Assembly (NCBI GenBank): GCA_050949315.1
Contig: JBMNFL010000001.1
Coordinates: 192,001 to 256,000 of the forward strand
Reading direction: 5' to 3'
Length of the DNA: 64,000 bases
Source: Bacilli bacterium
GTDB lineage: Bacteria; Bacillota_I; Bacilli_A; RFN20; UBA1709
Numbering within the stretch: the first letter of the stretch is position 1; the number at the start of each line of letters is the position of its first letter. Position numbers and translations under genes: made by a program. The notes below the pieces were generated by a model, which had not been told where the DNA came from, searched no databases, and was given only the letters and a program-made list of their open reading frames with translations. Of this stretch, positions 30,105-40,194 are shown one piece after another.

Positions 30105-31262
30105 TTAGCGTGCAAGTTCGTAAATTTTAACGATGTCACTAGCTGTTAGTTTAACAAATTGACCGAGTGGCCCTCTAAGGGTAGCTCTCTTAGCAAGAAA
30201 TTCAAACTTATCAGTGGGGACCTTGGCTTTAACAAGTGAAGTTTCAGCACCCAGACTTTCAAAGAAGGCTTGGGTCTTTTTAATGCCCTCTAAGGCCGCT
30301 TTTTCATCATCTTCTATAGACACATCATAGACCTTTCTAGCGTAGCGAGCGAAAAGGGGGACGTTATGGCGATAGACATACTTCATCCAAGCCGGCACGA
30401 TTATAGCTAAACCTAGACCGTGCGACAGGTCGTATTCGGCACTCAGTTCATGTTCGATGCCATGACTGGCCCAGTCGGCAATACGCCCAGTTTCGAATAG
30501 AGCATTATGGGCGACCGTGGAAGCCCACATAATTTCGGCGGCATAATCATAATTTGCCGGATCTTTTAAAAACTTTGGTCCAAGTTCTTTAATCGCTCGC
30601 ATACCGGCTTCACAGAGTTCGGTAGTTAGTAAGACATGTTCAACATTAGTAAAGTATCTTTCTATAATATGTGAGTACATGTCCACCACGCCCGCGATTA
30701 GATGCTTCTTTGGTACGGTAGCAATTAATGTCGGGTTGAGAAAGGAGAAAAGCGGACGATTGATGTTGTTTCTAAAGGAACGCTTAATCAAACCATCATC
30801 TTTAGTGATGACCGTGGAGTTACTGCTTTCACTACCGGCGGCGGGGATGGTTAAGATAGTACCGAGCGGCAAAATATCAGTTGGCACAGCCTTGCCAGCA
30901 AAGAAGTCCCAAACATCACCATCATATTTAGCTCCTAAAGCGATGGCTTTAGCCGAGTCAATGACACTGCCACCCCCAATTGCTAAAATTAAATCTATTT
31001 TTTTCTTCTTGACTAATTCAATACCTTCATAGACTAGTTTTAAACGGGGGTTAGGGACAATGCCACCGAGTAAGTGAACTTCGAGTTTCGCTTCCTTGAG
31101 TTTACTCATAACTCGGTCTAGTAAACCGCTTCTAACGATACTACCGCCCCCATAATGAATTAAAATTCTCTGCCCATATTTTTGACATTCTTGAGCACAG
31201 GTGTTTTCGACATCGCGACCAAAAATAATCTTTGTTTTATTGTCATAAATGAAATTTTCCAA
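30105..31262 (-). CDS. Iron-containing alcohol dehydrogenase (butanol dehydrogenase BdhA/B-like)
   Basis: YGGGSIVRSG, AIGGGSVIDSAKAI, TIPAAGSE, HGIEHELSA..HGLGLA; likely TTG start at 31262 after AGGAGG. Confidence 0.9.
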   Translation of the reverse strand: MENFIYDNKTKIIFGRDVENTCAQECQKYGQRILIHYGGGSIVRSGLLDRVMSKLKEAKLEVHLLGGIVPNPRLKLVYEGIELVKKKKIDLILAIGGGSVIDSAKAIALGAKYDGDVWDFFAGKAVPTDILPLGTILTIPAAGSESSNSTVITKDDGLIKRSFRNNINRPLFSFLNPTLIATVPKKHLIAGVVDMYSHIIERYFTNVEHVLLTTELCEAGMRAIKELGPKFLKDPANYDYAAEIMWASTVAHNALFETGRIADWASHGIEHELSAEYDLSHGLGLAIIVPAWMKYVYRHNVPLFARYARKVYDVSIEDDEKAALEGIKKTQAFFESLGAETSLVKAKVPTDKFEFLAKRATLRGPLGQFVKLTASDIVKIYELAR

Positions 31263-31385
31263 AATAAAATACCTCCTATATTTTAATAATAACAAAGAAC
31301 GGAATAAAAAGCCAAATATGAAGAGTTCTCTCTTTTTTTAAAAAAGGCTTTACAAAAAATAAAACTGTTGCTATTATTAGAATAC

Positions 31386-31424
31386 AAGTGGAGCGTAAGT
31401 GGTTTCACGTGGAACAAAGTGGGG
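31386..31424 (+). promoter_or_regulatory. MraZ-binding boxes (four GTGG repeats at 10-11 bp period), with an embedded parS-like 16-mer
   Basis: GTGG at 31388, 31399, 31409 and 31419, immediately upstream of mraZ; GGTTTCACGTGGAACA at 31401-31416. Confidence 0.75.
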
Positions 31425-31432
31425 GAAAATCT

Positions 31433-31855
31433 ATGTTCATTGGTCAATATTCACATAACCTAGATGAGAAGAATAGAATTATCATTCCTTCTAAGTTTCG
31501 CGCGAAATTAGGTGCTAATGCGATTATTACATATGGTTATGAACAGTGTTTAACTATTTATACTGAGAAAGCCTGGGAGCATTTACAAGAAAAGCTATTG
31601 GCGCTTTCCGATAATAAGGCCAAGCATCGTAAACATGTTAGGATCCTAGCTGGTTCTGCTTGTGAATGTAGTTGTGATAGTCAAGGAAGAGTAATTTTAC
31701 CGGCAAATTTAATTGCCGCCAGCAACATCAAAAAAGAAATTGTCATTGTTGGTAATCTAGATCATATTGAAATCTGGGCCAAAGAACGTTGGCAAGCCTA
31801 CTATGCTGATGCTCAAGCCAACTTTGATGAATTAGCTGAGAATCTTTTAGACTAA
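31433..31855 (+). CDS. mraZ: Division/cell wall cluster transcriptional repressor MraZ
   Basis: MFIGQYSHNLDEKNRIIIPSKFR, DSQGRVILP, GNLDHIEIW. Confidence 0.96.
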   Translation: MFIGQYSHNLDEKNRIIIPSKFRAKLGANAIITYGYEQCLTIYTEKAWEHLQEKLLALSDNKAKHRKHVRILAGSACECSCDSQGRVILPANLIAASNIKKEIVIVGNLDHIEIWAKERWQAYYADAQANFDELAENLLD

Positions 31856-32796
31856 TGTGCACAGTTGAGTTTAAACATACTCCTGTCCTACTTAAAGAAG
31901 CAGTTGCTGGCTTAGAAATTAAAAAAAACGGAATTTATGTTGATGCGACCGTGGGCGCTGGAGGTCATAGCGCCGCCATTCTAGATAAACTCTCCTTTCC
32001 TGGCCACCTTTATTGCTTTGATTGTGATATCGAAGCGATTATGAGTGCTGAAAATAAACTATCACAGGTTTCGAATAACTTTACTTTAATACGGGCGAAC
32101 TTTCTTCAGATGTCAGAAGAACTCGCCAGTCGCGGTATAAGTGGTGTTGATGGCATTCTTTATGACTTAGGAGTTTCTTCCTATCAATTAGTTGATAGTG
32201 ACCGAGGCTTTTCTTACAGAAAAGATAACCAGCTTGATATGCGCATGGATCAACGCCAAATATTAACAGCCAAAACTGTGGTAAATACCTACAGTGAGGA
32301 TAAATTAGCAGAGCTGATTTACACGAATAGCAACGAGCGGTATGCACGCAAAATTGCGGCCGCCATCGTAAGAGCTCGTTTTCGAAAAGAAATATCCAGC
32401 ACTCTTGAGTTAGCGGATATTATCAGTGCTGCTGTCCCTGGCAAAGCTAAAAGGGACGGGCACCCCGCAAAGCGGACTTTTCAAGCTATTCGAATTGAGG
32501 TTAATGGAGAGTTAACAATTCTCCGCCAAAGCCTAACTAAAGCCTTGAAGTTGCTTAATAGTGGGGGCCGCCTTTGTGTCATTACCTTCCACTCAATTGA
32601 GGACCGCATTGTTAAGCAATTATTCAAGGAAAGGGTCATTGGTTCTTCTTGGCGTCGAGGAATGCCGGTTACTTTAGATGAACCAAAGCCAAAATTTCGA
32701 CTTATAACTAATAAGCCGATTCTACCATCTGACGATGAAATTCTAATCAACCACCGTTCACATAGCGCTAAGCTAAGAATCATCGAAAGAGTTTAG
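31855..32796 (+). CDS. rsmH: 16S rRNA m4C1402 methyltransferase
   Basis: HTPVLL, DATVGAGGHS, DLGVSS, LDMRMD, FQAIRIEVN, SHSAKLR. Confidence 0.97.
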   Translation: MCTVEFKHTPVLLKEAVAGLEIKKNGIYVDATVGAGGHSAAILDKLSFPGHLYCFDCDIEAIMSAENKLSQVSNNFTLIRANFLQMSEELASRGISGVDGILYDLGVSSYQLVDSDRGFSYRKDNQLDMRMDQRQILTAKTVVNTYSEDKLAELIYTNSNERYARKIAAAIVRARFRKEISSTLELADIISAAVPGKAKRDGHPAKRTFQAIRIEVNGELTILRQSLTKALKLLNSGGRLCVITFHSIEDRIVKQLFKERVIGSSWRRGMPVTLDEPKPKFRLITNKPILPSDDEILINHRSHSAKLRIIERV

Positions 32797-32800
32797 AAAG

Positions 32801-32835
32801 AAAGACCATTTTGCTTCTTAAGATGGTCTTTTTTT
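32801..32835 (+). terminator. Intrinsic terminator after rsmH
   Basis: aaagaccatt...gatggtcttttttt. Confidence 0.65.
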
Positions 32836-33048
32836 AGTCTTGTTATCGGGCTTTATTGTCTACTGTTTATACGTTTTTGTTTCTTTCTTGGCTTTTATTA
32901 GAAATAAAGGAAAAGGTTAAAACTGCTTTAGAATTCCTCGTTTAGAGGTTTAACAAGGTCAATCTTGGCATTCTTTTTTGGAAAAGCGTCAATTTTGCTA
33001 TACAACTTTAACATTTTTATGTTAAAATCACTAAGAGGTGTTTCTAAA

Positions 33049-34185
33049 ATGGTAGCCAGTCAGATTTACACAGCTTTGGATATCGGCGAGAGTATCACCA
33101 AGTTAGTAGTTGGTGTTGTTCATAGTGCGAAATTGCATGTATGTGCCACCTATAAAACCCTAACTAAAGGGGTTAAAGATGGGGAGATTTATTCCAAAAC
33201 TGAGTTACAGACCGTGCTGACGACGCTGTTAGATCGCGCCCGGGGCGAAGGTTTTAATGTTCGAGAAATTGTTTTAGTTTTACCTTCTAACAACATGAAT
33301 ATTTACCGTAAAAAAGCGGAGAATGTCATTCCTCAAACGCGCCTAATTTCGCCGGCTGATATCAAATTGTTAAAAAAAGCTGTTTGTAAACACCAGATTA
33401 TGGACCACGAAATGGTAATAGGGGTTTATCCTATTCAATATATGGTAGGCAATGATATTTACAAAAATGAACCAACAGGAATTCGCGGCAACAAGATTGT
33501 CTTGGATGCCTTTTTGATTACCGCGCCTATTGCCATCGCTCGGGGCTATGTGGATTTATTGCAAGATATGGAAATCACCGTTGTTGATGTAATTATCGCC
33601 CCCTTGGCCAATGCCTCGCTTCTACTTAAGTCCCAAGAATACAAAAAAGGCGCTTTGATTTTAGACCTTGGGGCCCAGAACAATTCAGTGGCCACTTTCT
33701 ATGACTATCTTTTCTGTGGATATAAGCAGGGTTATTTAGGAACGGAAAAAATTATTGAAGATTTGATGAAAAATTATGATATCGATATTAAGAATGCACG
33801 TTCAATTTATCAAACCTATGGCAGTGCTGATTTAGCTGGAGCTAGCAACATTGGGGTTTTACAGTTACCGGGTAGTGAAAGATCGATACCAGAAATTGAA
33901 ATCGTTACCTTGGTTGACAATGTTTTAAATATGATTCTAACCGAGGTTAAAGAAAATATAGAGTTTTTAGTAAAAGATGCGAATTTGCCCTTAATTATCA
34001 CCGGTGGTGGGGCGTTAATACCTGCCATTGCTGAAAAATGTGAACAATTTTTGGGCCTAAAGTGTCACAGTCGTAATTTTGGTAGAATTGGTGGTTTCAA
34101 TCCGCAGTTTAATGCGGCAATTGGCGGTTTAGTCAATTACTTGGCCAACAATTCGTTAATCAATATTAGTTTGGTGCAGATTTAA
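33049..34185 (+). CDS. ftsA: Cell division protein FtsA (divergent)
   Basis: ALDIGESITKLVV, LILDLGA and LIITGGGA actin-fold motifs; directly upstream of ftsZ; likely start ATG 33049 after gaggtg. Confidence 0.88.
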   Translation: MVASQIYTALDIGESITKLVVGVVHSAKLHVCATYKTLTKGVKDGEIYSKTELQTVLTTLLDRARGEGFNVREIVLVLPSNNMNIYRKKAENVIPQTRLISPADIKLLKKAVCKHQIMDHEMVIGVYPIQYMVGNDIYKNEPTGIRGNKIVLDAFLITAPIAIARGYVDLLQDMEITVVDVIIAPLANASLLLKSQEYKKGALILDLGAQNNSVATFYDYLFCGYKQGYLGTEKIIEDLMKNYDIDIKNARSIYQTYGSADLAGASNIGVLQLPGSERSIPEIEIVTLVDNVLNMILTEVKENIEFLVKDANLPLIITGGGALIPAIAEKCEQFLGLKCHSRNFGRIGGFNPQFNAAIGGLVNYLANNSLINISLVQI

Positions 34186-34198
34186 AGGGGGATAGTAA

Positions 34199-35374
34199 AT
34201 GAGTACAGATGTTGAAAAGCAATTTGTCGCTACTATCAAAGTTATAGGTGTTGGCGGTGCTGGCAATAACGCGGTCAATCGGATGGCCAAAGAACACATG
34301 GAAGGTGTGGAGTTTTGGGCTGTCAATACCGATGCTCAGGTCCTCTTTTCTGTTGATGTTGAAAACAAGATTACCCTAGGTGAGAATATCACTAAAGGTT
34401 TAGGCGCTGGGGCTAGACCCGATGTTGGAAAACAAGCCGCGGAAGCTAGTCTTGATGCCCTTAAAAATGCGATTAGAGGGGCCGATATGGTCTTTATCGC
34501 GGCCGGTATGGGTGGAGGGACCGGAACTGGAGCTTCACCAGTTATCGCGCGCTTGTGTCGGGAAATGGGCTGTCTTACCATAGGTATTGTGACTCGGCCT
34601 TTTACCTTTGAAGGTAAGGTCCGCAACGAACACGCGGTTGAAGGCCTACAAAAGTTGCGCCAGAATGTAGACTCTTTAATTGTCATCTCTAACGATCAAT
34701 TGTTACAGATGAGTGGGGATATTCCCTTAAGTGATTCTTTTGGACAGGCTGATGATATTCTCTGTCATAGTGTTAAAACCATAACCGAACTTATTTTACA
34801 ACCGGCCATTATCAATCTTGATTTTGCGGATGTTCGTAATATTATGCTCAATAAAGGCACAGCCTTAATTGGTATGGGTAGAGGAAGAGGAGATAATATG
34901 GCCCGTGAAGCGGCCGAACAAGCGGTGTCTTCACCCTTACTTGAAGCCTCGATATCCGGAGCCCGTAATGCCATCGTAAATATTAAAGGTGGTAGGAAGA
35001 TGACTTTGCTCGATGCCAACGAAGCGGTGGAAATTGTTAGGGAAGCGGCTGGCGATTCCGATATCAATGTGATTTTTGGAGTTAGTGTTGATCAAAGTTT
35101 AGATGATGAGATGTTAGTTACTGTCATTGCAACCGAATTTGTCGGTGGTGACATTCATAAAGTCAGTCACCCAAATATTACGGGTAAAGGCAGTATGACT
35201 TTAGATTTAGGTAGCAATCAAATTCAGCGAGTTGATTCTGAAATTTTCAAGAATGCCAAGAAAAAAGGCGATGAAAATCAGTTCTTTAGTCCTGAAAAGG
35301 AAGCGGGAAGAACGGAACCTTTAGCTGATGATGATTCGATGTTACCGGCCTTTTTGAGGCGCAGGAATAATTAG
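34199..35374 (+). CDS. ftsZ: Cell division protein FtsZ
   Basis: IKVIGVGGAGNNAVNRM, GMGGGTGTG, INLDFADV, C-terminal LPAFLRRR. Confidence 0.99.
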   Translation: MSTDVEKQFVATIKVIGVGGAGNNAVNRMAKEHMEGVEFWAVNTDAQVLFSVDVENKITLGENITKGLGAGARPDVGKQAAEASLDALKNAIRGADMVFIAAGMGGGTGTGASPVIARLCREMGCLTIGIVTRPFTFEGKVRNEHAVEGLQKLRQNVDSLIVISNDQLLQMSGDIPLSDSFGQADDILCHSVKTITELILQPAIINLDFADVRNIMLNKGTALIGMGRGRGDNMAREAAEQAVSSPLLEASISGARNAIVNIKGGRKMTLLDANEAVEIVREAAGDSDINVIFGVSVDQSLDDEMLVTVIATEFVGGDIHKVSHPNITGKGSMTLDLGSNQIQRVDSEIFKNAKKKGDENQFFSPEKEAGRTEPLADDDSMLPAFLRRRNN

Positions 35375-35388
35375 GGGAGGTAGAGTTT

Positions 35389-35790
35389 ATGGCTGAAAAC
35401 AAAGTTAAGAAATTTTATTTCCCTAATGAAGAGAATTATAGTGGTGATGAGGGACAAGATCAGTACAGCATTCCCCAAAATCCTTATCAAAAAAGTGGTT
35501 TTGCCGATACTAACGTTTTATATGAACGGGCCGATGATCTGCCAGAATATCGGGGGAGTACGGCTAATACTTTGGTCTTTAATCCCCAAGCCTATGATGA
35601 TGCCGAAGAAATTGCTCGACAAATTGTCGGTGGCAGTTCGGTTATCGTCAATCTTGAGCATTTAATTAGGCAGACCGAAAACCGCTTAATTGCTCAACGC
35701 ATTATTGATTATCTTTGCGGAGTGGCTTTTGCTAAAGAAATCACGGTGCGCAAAATTAATGCCACAACCTTCTTGATTTCACGGGAGTGA
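35389..35790 (+). CDS. sepF: Cell division protein SepF
   Basis: PQAYDDAEEIA..VIVNL..QRIIDYLCG..TFLI; follows ftsZ. Confidence 0.88.
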   Translation: MAENKVKKFYFPNEENYSGDEGQDQYSIPQNPYQKSGFADTNVLYERADDLPEYRGSTANTLVFNPQAYDDAEEIARQIVGGSSVIVNLEHLIRQTENRLIAQRIIDYLCGVAFAKEITVRKINATTFLISRE

Positions 35791-35811
35791 GCAAGTAAAA
35801 GTAAGTAAAAA

Positions 35812-36030
35812 TCGTTGATGAAGACAAGATTTTAAGGTCAGTTTTTCAAGAGACTTGATGGTAGCTGCGAATCAAGAAAACCCCTTAAGATTATCACTTC
35901 GGAGAGTTGTTTTGAAAAAAAGTAGGAACAAACGCTTGCTAGCGTTATCACTTAAGTAAGGGCATAGTGCAAACTATGAACGAGGATGGTAACGCGGTTA
36001 AAATCGTTCCTCACGAGGCGCGATTTTTTA
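35812..36030 (+). promoter_or_regulatory. T-box riboswitch (Ile)
   Basis: Specifier ATC at 35893-35895, T-box gaggatggtaacgcg near 35982-35996, terminator aaaatcg...cgatttttt. Confidence 0.88.
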
Positions 36031-36049
36031 TTTAAAGGAGATAGAGACG

Positions 36050-38800
36050 ATGGAAATCAAAAATTCATTAACCATGCCGAAAACCGCCTTTGAGATGCGG
36101 GGCAATTTACCTAAAAAGGAACCAGCACTTGTTAAAAAGTGGGAAGAGATGGACCTTTATCAAAAAATGCTTGAAAAGAATGAAGGGAAGCCTTGCTTTC
36201 TACTTCATGATGGGCCACCTTATGCCAATGGTAATATTCATATCGGTCATGCCATGAATAAAATCTTAAAAGATTTTATCGTTCGTTATAAAAACATGGC
36301 AGGTTTTTATGCTCCTTTTGTGCCGGGCTGGGATACGCACGGCTTACCTATTGAGTCGGTTTTAGCTAAAAAAGGGGTACGCCGGAAAGAAATTCCCTTA
36401 CCTGAGTATCGCAATTTATGTCGAGATTATGCTTTACAGCAAGTTGCTAATCAAAAGTTAGAGTTTTTAAGATTAGGTAGTATTGGGGAATACGATAATC
36501 CCTATATAACCTTAGATAAAAATTATGAGGCTGATCAAATCCGCATCTTCGGTCAAATGGCCATGCAGGGTTTAGTCTACAAAGGGGTTAAGCCGGTTTA
36601 TTGGTCGCCTTCTAGTGAATCATCTCTTGCCGAGGCGGAGATTGAATATCACGATGTCACTTCTTCTTCTATCTATGTAGCCTTTAAGGTCAGTGATCCT
36701 AAAGGTGTTTTAGAAGGGGATGAGTCCTTTGTTATTTGGACCACTACGCCTTGGACTATTCCGGCTAACCTAGCCATTTGTTTGAATGCGAGATTAGAGT
36801 ATGGTGTTTATGAAAGCGATCGTGGTGTTTTCATCTTCCTAAGCTCACTGGCTGAGGAATTAAGTAAGGAACTAGCTTTAGAAAATATTAAATTACGTAA
36901 GACTTTCTTAGGAAAAGACTTAGAGGGTCTTAAAACAAAACATCCCTTGTATCAACGCGAATCTGTAATTATTCTTGGTGATCACGTCACCGCTGAAGCG
37001 GGAACGGGTTGTGTCCATACCGCTCCCGGTCATGGTGAAGATGACTTTATTGTCGGTCGGCAGTACGGCCTTGATGTTCTCTGTCCCGTGGATGAGAAGG
37101 GTTATATGATGGAAGAAGCTGGACCTGAACTTGCTGGTCTTTTCTATGAAGAGGCTAACGACAAGGTTTTAAAGCTTTTAGATGCTGAAAAGGCCTTATT
37201 AAAGGAAACACCTATCACCCACTCCTATCCCCATGACTGGCGGACTAAGAAGCCGATTATCTTTAGGGTTACCGCTCAGTGGTTTGTTTCAATCGAGCCG
37301 ATTAAGGAGCAACTTCTTGAAGAGATTAAAAAGGTTAAGTGGTATCCCAGTTGGGGCGAATTGCGCTTAGCAAATATGATTAAAGAACGTTATGATTGGT
37401 GTATTTCTAGACAGAGAGTCTGGGGTGTTCCCTTACCGATTATCTATTGTGAGGATGAAACACCTTTACTAGAACAAGAACTCTTTGATCACTATGAGGG
37501 TCTATTTAGGAAATATGGTTCTAATGTCTGGTTTGAGCGGGAAGCTAAAGATTTATTACCGGAAGGTTATAAAAATCCCCATAGTCCTAATGGTCTATTT
37601 AGAAAAGAAACCGATATCATGGATGTTTGGTTTGATTCGGGCTCTTCGCATACTGGTGTTTTAATAGCTAGAGGCTATGGCTATCCAGCCGATCTTTATT
37701 TAGAGGGCAGTGATCAATATCGCGGTTGGTTTAACTCTTCTTTAACTATAGGTGTGGCTGCCCATAAAAGATCCCCCTATAAAATTTTGGTTTCTCATGG
37801 CTTTGCCCTTGATAATAAAGGGATAAAGCAATCAAAGTCCTTAGGTAATGTCGTCGACCCCCAAAAGGTCTGTACGGTCTATGGGGCCGATATTTTAAGG
37901 CTGTGGTCGGCGAGTATTGATTACCAAGCCGATATGCGAATCAGCGATGAGATATTAAAGCATGTAGCTGAGAGTTATCGTAAGATTCGTAACACCCTGC
38001 GCTTCTTAATCGCGAATCTAAGCGATGGCGCCTATGGTCGTTATAATGAGATAGAAAACCGCCCAGATAGTTTAGAGGTAATTGATGAACTAATTCTCAA
38101 TAAACTACAAACAGTTATCAATAATGTCATAAAAGCCTATGATGACTATGACTTTAATAGTGTCAGCAGTGAACTGCTTAATTTCATGTCGGTTGATCTG
38201 AGTTCCTTCTATTTAGATATCGCTAAAGATATCCTTTATTGTGATCATTATGACTCCTTAAGAAGAAGACAAGTACAGAGTGTTCTTTACCAAGTTTTGG
38301 ATTCTTTAGTCCGTCTTTTAACACCAATTTTACCCTTTACCATGGAAGAGGTTTATAGTTTTATGGAGCCTAAGGAAGAATCTGTGCAGTTACTTGATAT
38401 GCCTAAAGCTAAAGAAAGTAATGCTCAATTAAGCCGCGACTATAACGATCTACTAGCTCTGCGCTCGCAGGTTTTAAAGGCCTTAGAAGAGGCTCGTAAT
38501 GCGGGTTTGATTGGTTCTGCGCAGGAGGCTTATGTAGAACTAGAAATCAATGATGAGAAGTTAAAGAAACTCTATCGGAAGTTAAATAAAGTTGAACAGC
38601 AGCGCTTCTTTATCGTTTCTACGGTCAAGGAAGTTAGGAATTTAGAGGCACCTGATTATGGACTAGTTAAGGTTAAAGTTTTAGCCCACTCAGGTAAAAA
38701 GTGTGTTCGTTGCTGGAATCGCTTTGAGAGTTTAGATGAAAATGAACTCTGTCCGCGTTGCGCCAAGGTTTATAAGGCTTATCTTGAAAAGGAAGAGTAG
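36050..38800 (+). CDS. ileS: Isoleucine-tRNA ligase
   Basis: HDGPPYANGNIHIGH, GWDTHGLPIE, KQSKS (KMSKS variant), C-terminal zinc finger. Confidence 0.98.
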   Translation: MEIKNSLTMPKTAFEMRGNLPKKEPALVKKWEEMDLYQKMLEKNEGKPCFLLHDGPPYANGNIHIGHAMNKILKDFIVRYKNMAGFYAPFVPGWDTHGLPIESVLAKKGVRRKEIPLPEYRNLCRDYALQQVANQKLEFLRLGSIGEYDNPYITLDKNYEADQIRIFGQMAMQGLVYKGVKPVYWSPSSESSLAEAEIEYHDVTSSSIYVAFKVSDPKGVLEGDESFVIWTTTPWTIPANLAICLNARLEYGVYESDRGVFIFLSSLAEELSKELALENIKLRKTFLGKDLEGLKTKHPLYQRESVIILGDHVTAEAGTGCVHTAPGHGEDDFIVGRQYGLDVLCPVDEKGYMMEEAGPELAGLFYEEANDKVLKLLDAEKALLKETPITHSYPHDWRTKKPIIFRVTAQWFVSIEPIKEQLLEEIKKVKWYPSWGELRLANMIKERYDWCISRQRVWGVPLPIIYCEDETPLLEQELFDHYEGLFRKYGSNVWFEREAKDLLPEGYKNPHSPNGLFRKETDIMDVWFDSGSSHTGVLIARGYGYPADLYLEGSDQYRGWFNSSLTIGVAAHKRSPYKILVSHGFALDNKGIKQSKSLGNVVDPQKVCTVYGADILRLWSASIDYQADMRISDEILKHVAESYRKIRNTLRFLIANLSDGAYGRYNEIENRPDSLEVIDELILNKLQTVINNVIKAYDDYDFNSVSSELLNFMSVDLSSFYLDIAKDILYCDHYDSLRRRQVQSVLYQVLDSLVRLLTPILPFTMEEVYSFMEPKEESVQLLDMPKAKESNAQLSRDYNDLLALRSQVLKALEEARNAGLIGSAQEAYVELEINDEKLKKLYRKLNKVEQQRFFIVSTVKEVRNLEAPDYGLVKVKVLAHSGKKCVRCWNRFESLDENELCPRCAKVYKAYLEKEE

Positions 38801-38802
38801 AA

Positions 38803-39285
38803 GTGAAAAACAAAGCCCTGATCTTTTTGATTATCCCTTTGGGCCTAGTTGCTGATCAACTCAGCAAGTTTTGGGCTGCTAAACATTTGATAGGTAAGCC
38901 AATCTCTTTAATTGGTGATTGGTTTAGTTTTCACTATAGTGAGAATACTGGGGCAGCCTGGGGTGTTTTAAGTGATAAGACCTGGCTTTTAGCCCTTGTT
39001 TCCTGTATCGCCTGTATCTTAATCGGCCTTTATTATTTTCTAGGGAAATATCATTCAAAGCTCACGGGTTTTTCTTTAATTTTAATTTTTACTGGGGCGC
39101 TTGGTAATTTGCTTGATCGTCTTTTTCGGGGCTATGTCATTGACTTTATCAATTTGAATTTCTTTGCCCTTTTTGGTGGCGATTTCCCGATTTTTAATAT
39201 CGCTGATATCTTTGTCACTGTCGGGGTGGCTCTCTTAATTATCGCCCTGCTTTTCTTAGAAAAAGAGGAAGCTAGCCATGAATAA
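38803..39285 (+). CDS. lspA: Lipoprotein signal peptidase II
   Basis: DQLSK, NTGAAWG, GALGNLLDR, VIDFI, FNIAD. Confidence 0.95.
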   Translation: MKNKALIFLIIPLGLVADQLSKFWAAKHLIGKPISLIGDWFSFHYSENTGAAWGVLSDKTWLLALVSCIACILIGLYYFLGKYHSKLTGFSLILIFTGALGNLLDRLFRGYVIDFINLNFFALFGGDFPIFNIADIFVTVGVALLIIALLFLEKEEASHE

Positions 39286-40183
39286 ACACATCGTTAAAGA
39301 TTTCGAGGCTGGGCAAAGACTCGATAAGCTTTTAAGTCAAATTCTTAATATCTCTAGGGCCAAGATTCAAACGATGTTTAAAGATAACTTGATTTTTGTT
39401 GATGGTAAGATAGCGAAAGCTAGTTTAAAATTAAGTGAGGGTCAAGTCATAAGTTTTCAAGACTATGAAGTTCCTGATTTAAGGGTTGAGCCGGAAGCTA
39501 TTGATCTTGATATCATCTATGAAGATGAGGATGTTATTATTGTCAATAAGCCGATTGGAATGGTTGTTCATCCAGCTAATGGTCATTATCAAGGGACATT
39601 AGTCAATGCGCTCTTATATCATTTTGCGAAGTTATCGAGTTTAGCAGGGACGATTAGACCGGGTATTGTCCATCGTATTGATAAAGAAACCTCGGGTTTA
39701 ATAATGGTGGCTAAAAATGATGCCGCTCATCTTGCTTTGGCTAAGCAATTAAAAGAAAAAAGTGTCTATCGTCGTTATCTTGCCTTGGTTCAAGGAGAAG
39801 TCCCTCATAATGAGGGTAGTATTAAGGCTCCGATAGGTCGCTTGAAGAGTAATAGGAAGAAGATGGCTGTGGTGGCCGATGGCAAAGATGCCGTCACTCA
39901 TTTTAAAGTATTAGAGCGCTTTAATGGCTATACTTTGCTAGAATGTCTTTTAGAAAGTGGCAGAACCCATCAGATTCGCGTCCATCTGCAGTATATTAAA
40001 TTTCCAGTTGTTGGTGATGCTTTATACGGTAGTAAAAAAGCTCCCTATAAGGAGCAATTATTACATGCTGAGAGCTTGGCCTTTAAACATCCACGCAGTG
40101 GTGAGATGCTTAAGGTACAGGCCCCTTTGCCAGCCTATTTTGAAGAGGCTTTAAAAAACTTGCGCGAGAAAGCGCAGCTTTAA
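39278..40183 (+). CDS. rluD: RluA/RluD-family pseudouridine synthase
   Basis: S4 domain, RPGIVHRIDKETSG, GRTHQIRVH. Confidence 0.9.
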   Translation: MNKHIVKDFEAGQRLDKLLSQILNISRAKIQTMFKDNLIFVDGKIAKASLKLSEGQVISFQDYEVPDLRVEPEAIDLDIIYEDEDVIIVNKPIGMVVHPANGHYQGTLVNALLYHFAKLSSLAGTIRPGIVHRIDKETSGLIMVAKNDAAHLALAKQLKEKSVYRRYLALVQGEVPHNEGSIKAPIGRLKSNRKKMAVVADGKDAVTHFKVLERFNGYTLLECLLESGRTHQIRVHLQYIKFPVVGDALYGSKKAPYKEQLLHAESLAFKHPRSGEMLKVQAPLPAYFEEALKNLREKAQL

Positions 40184-40194
40184 GGAGGAAGAAA

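Noticed and set aside
32797-33048. Possible ftsL remnant or small RNA between rsmH and ftsA
   Set aside because: Only a terminator and T-rich promoter-like DNA are visible; no convincing ORF or structure.
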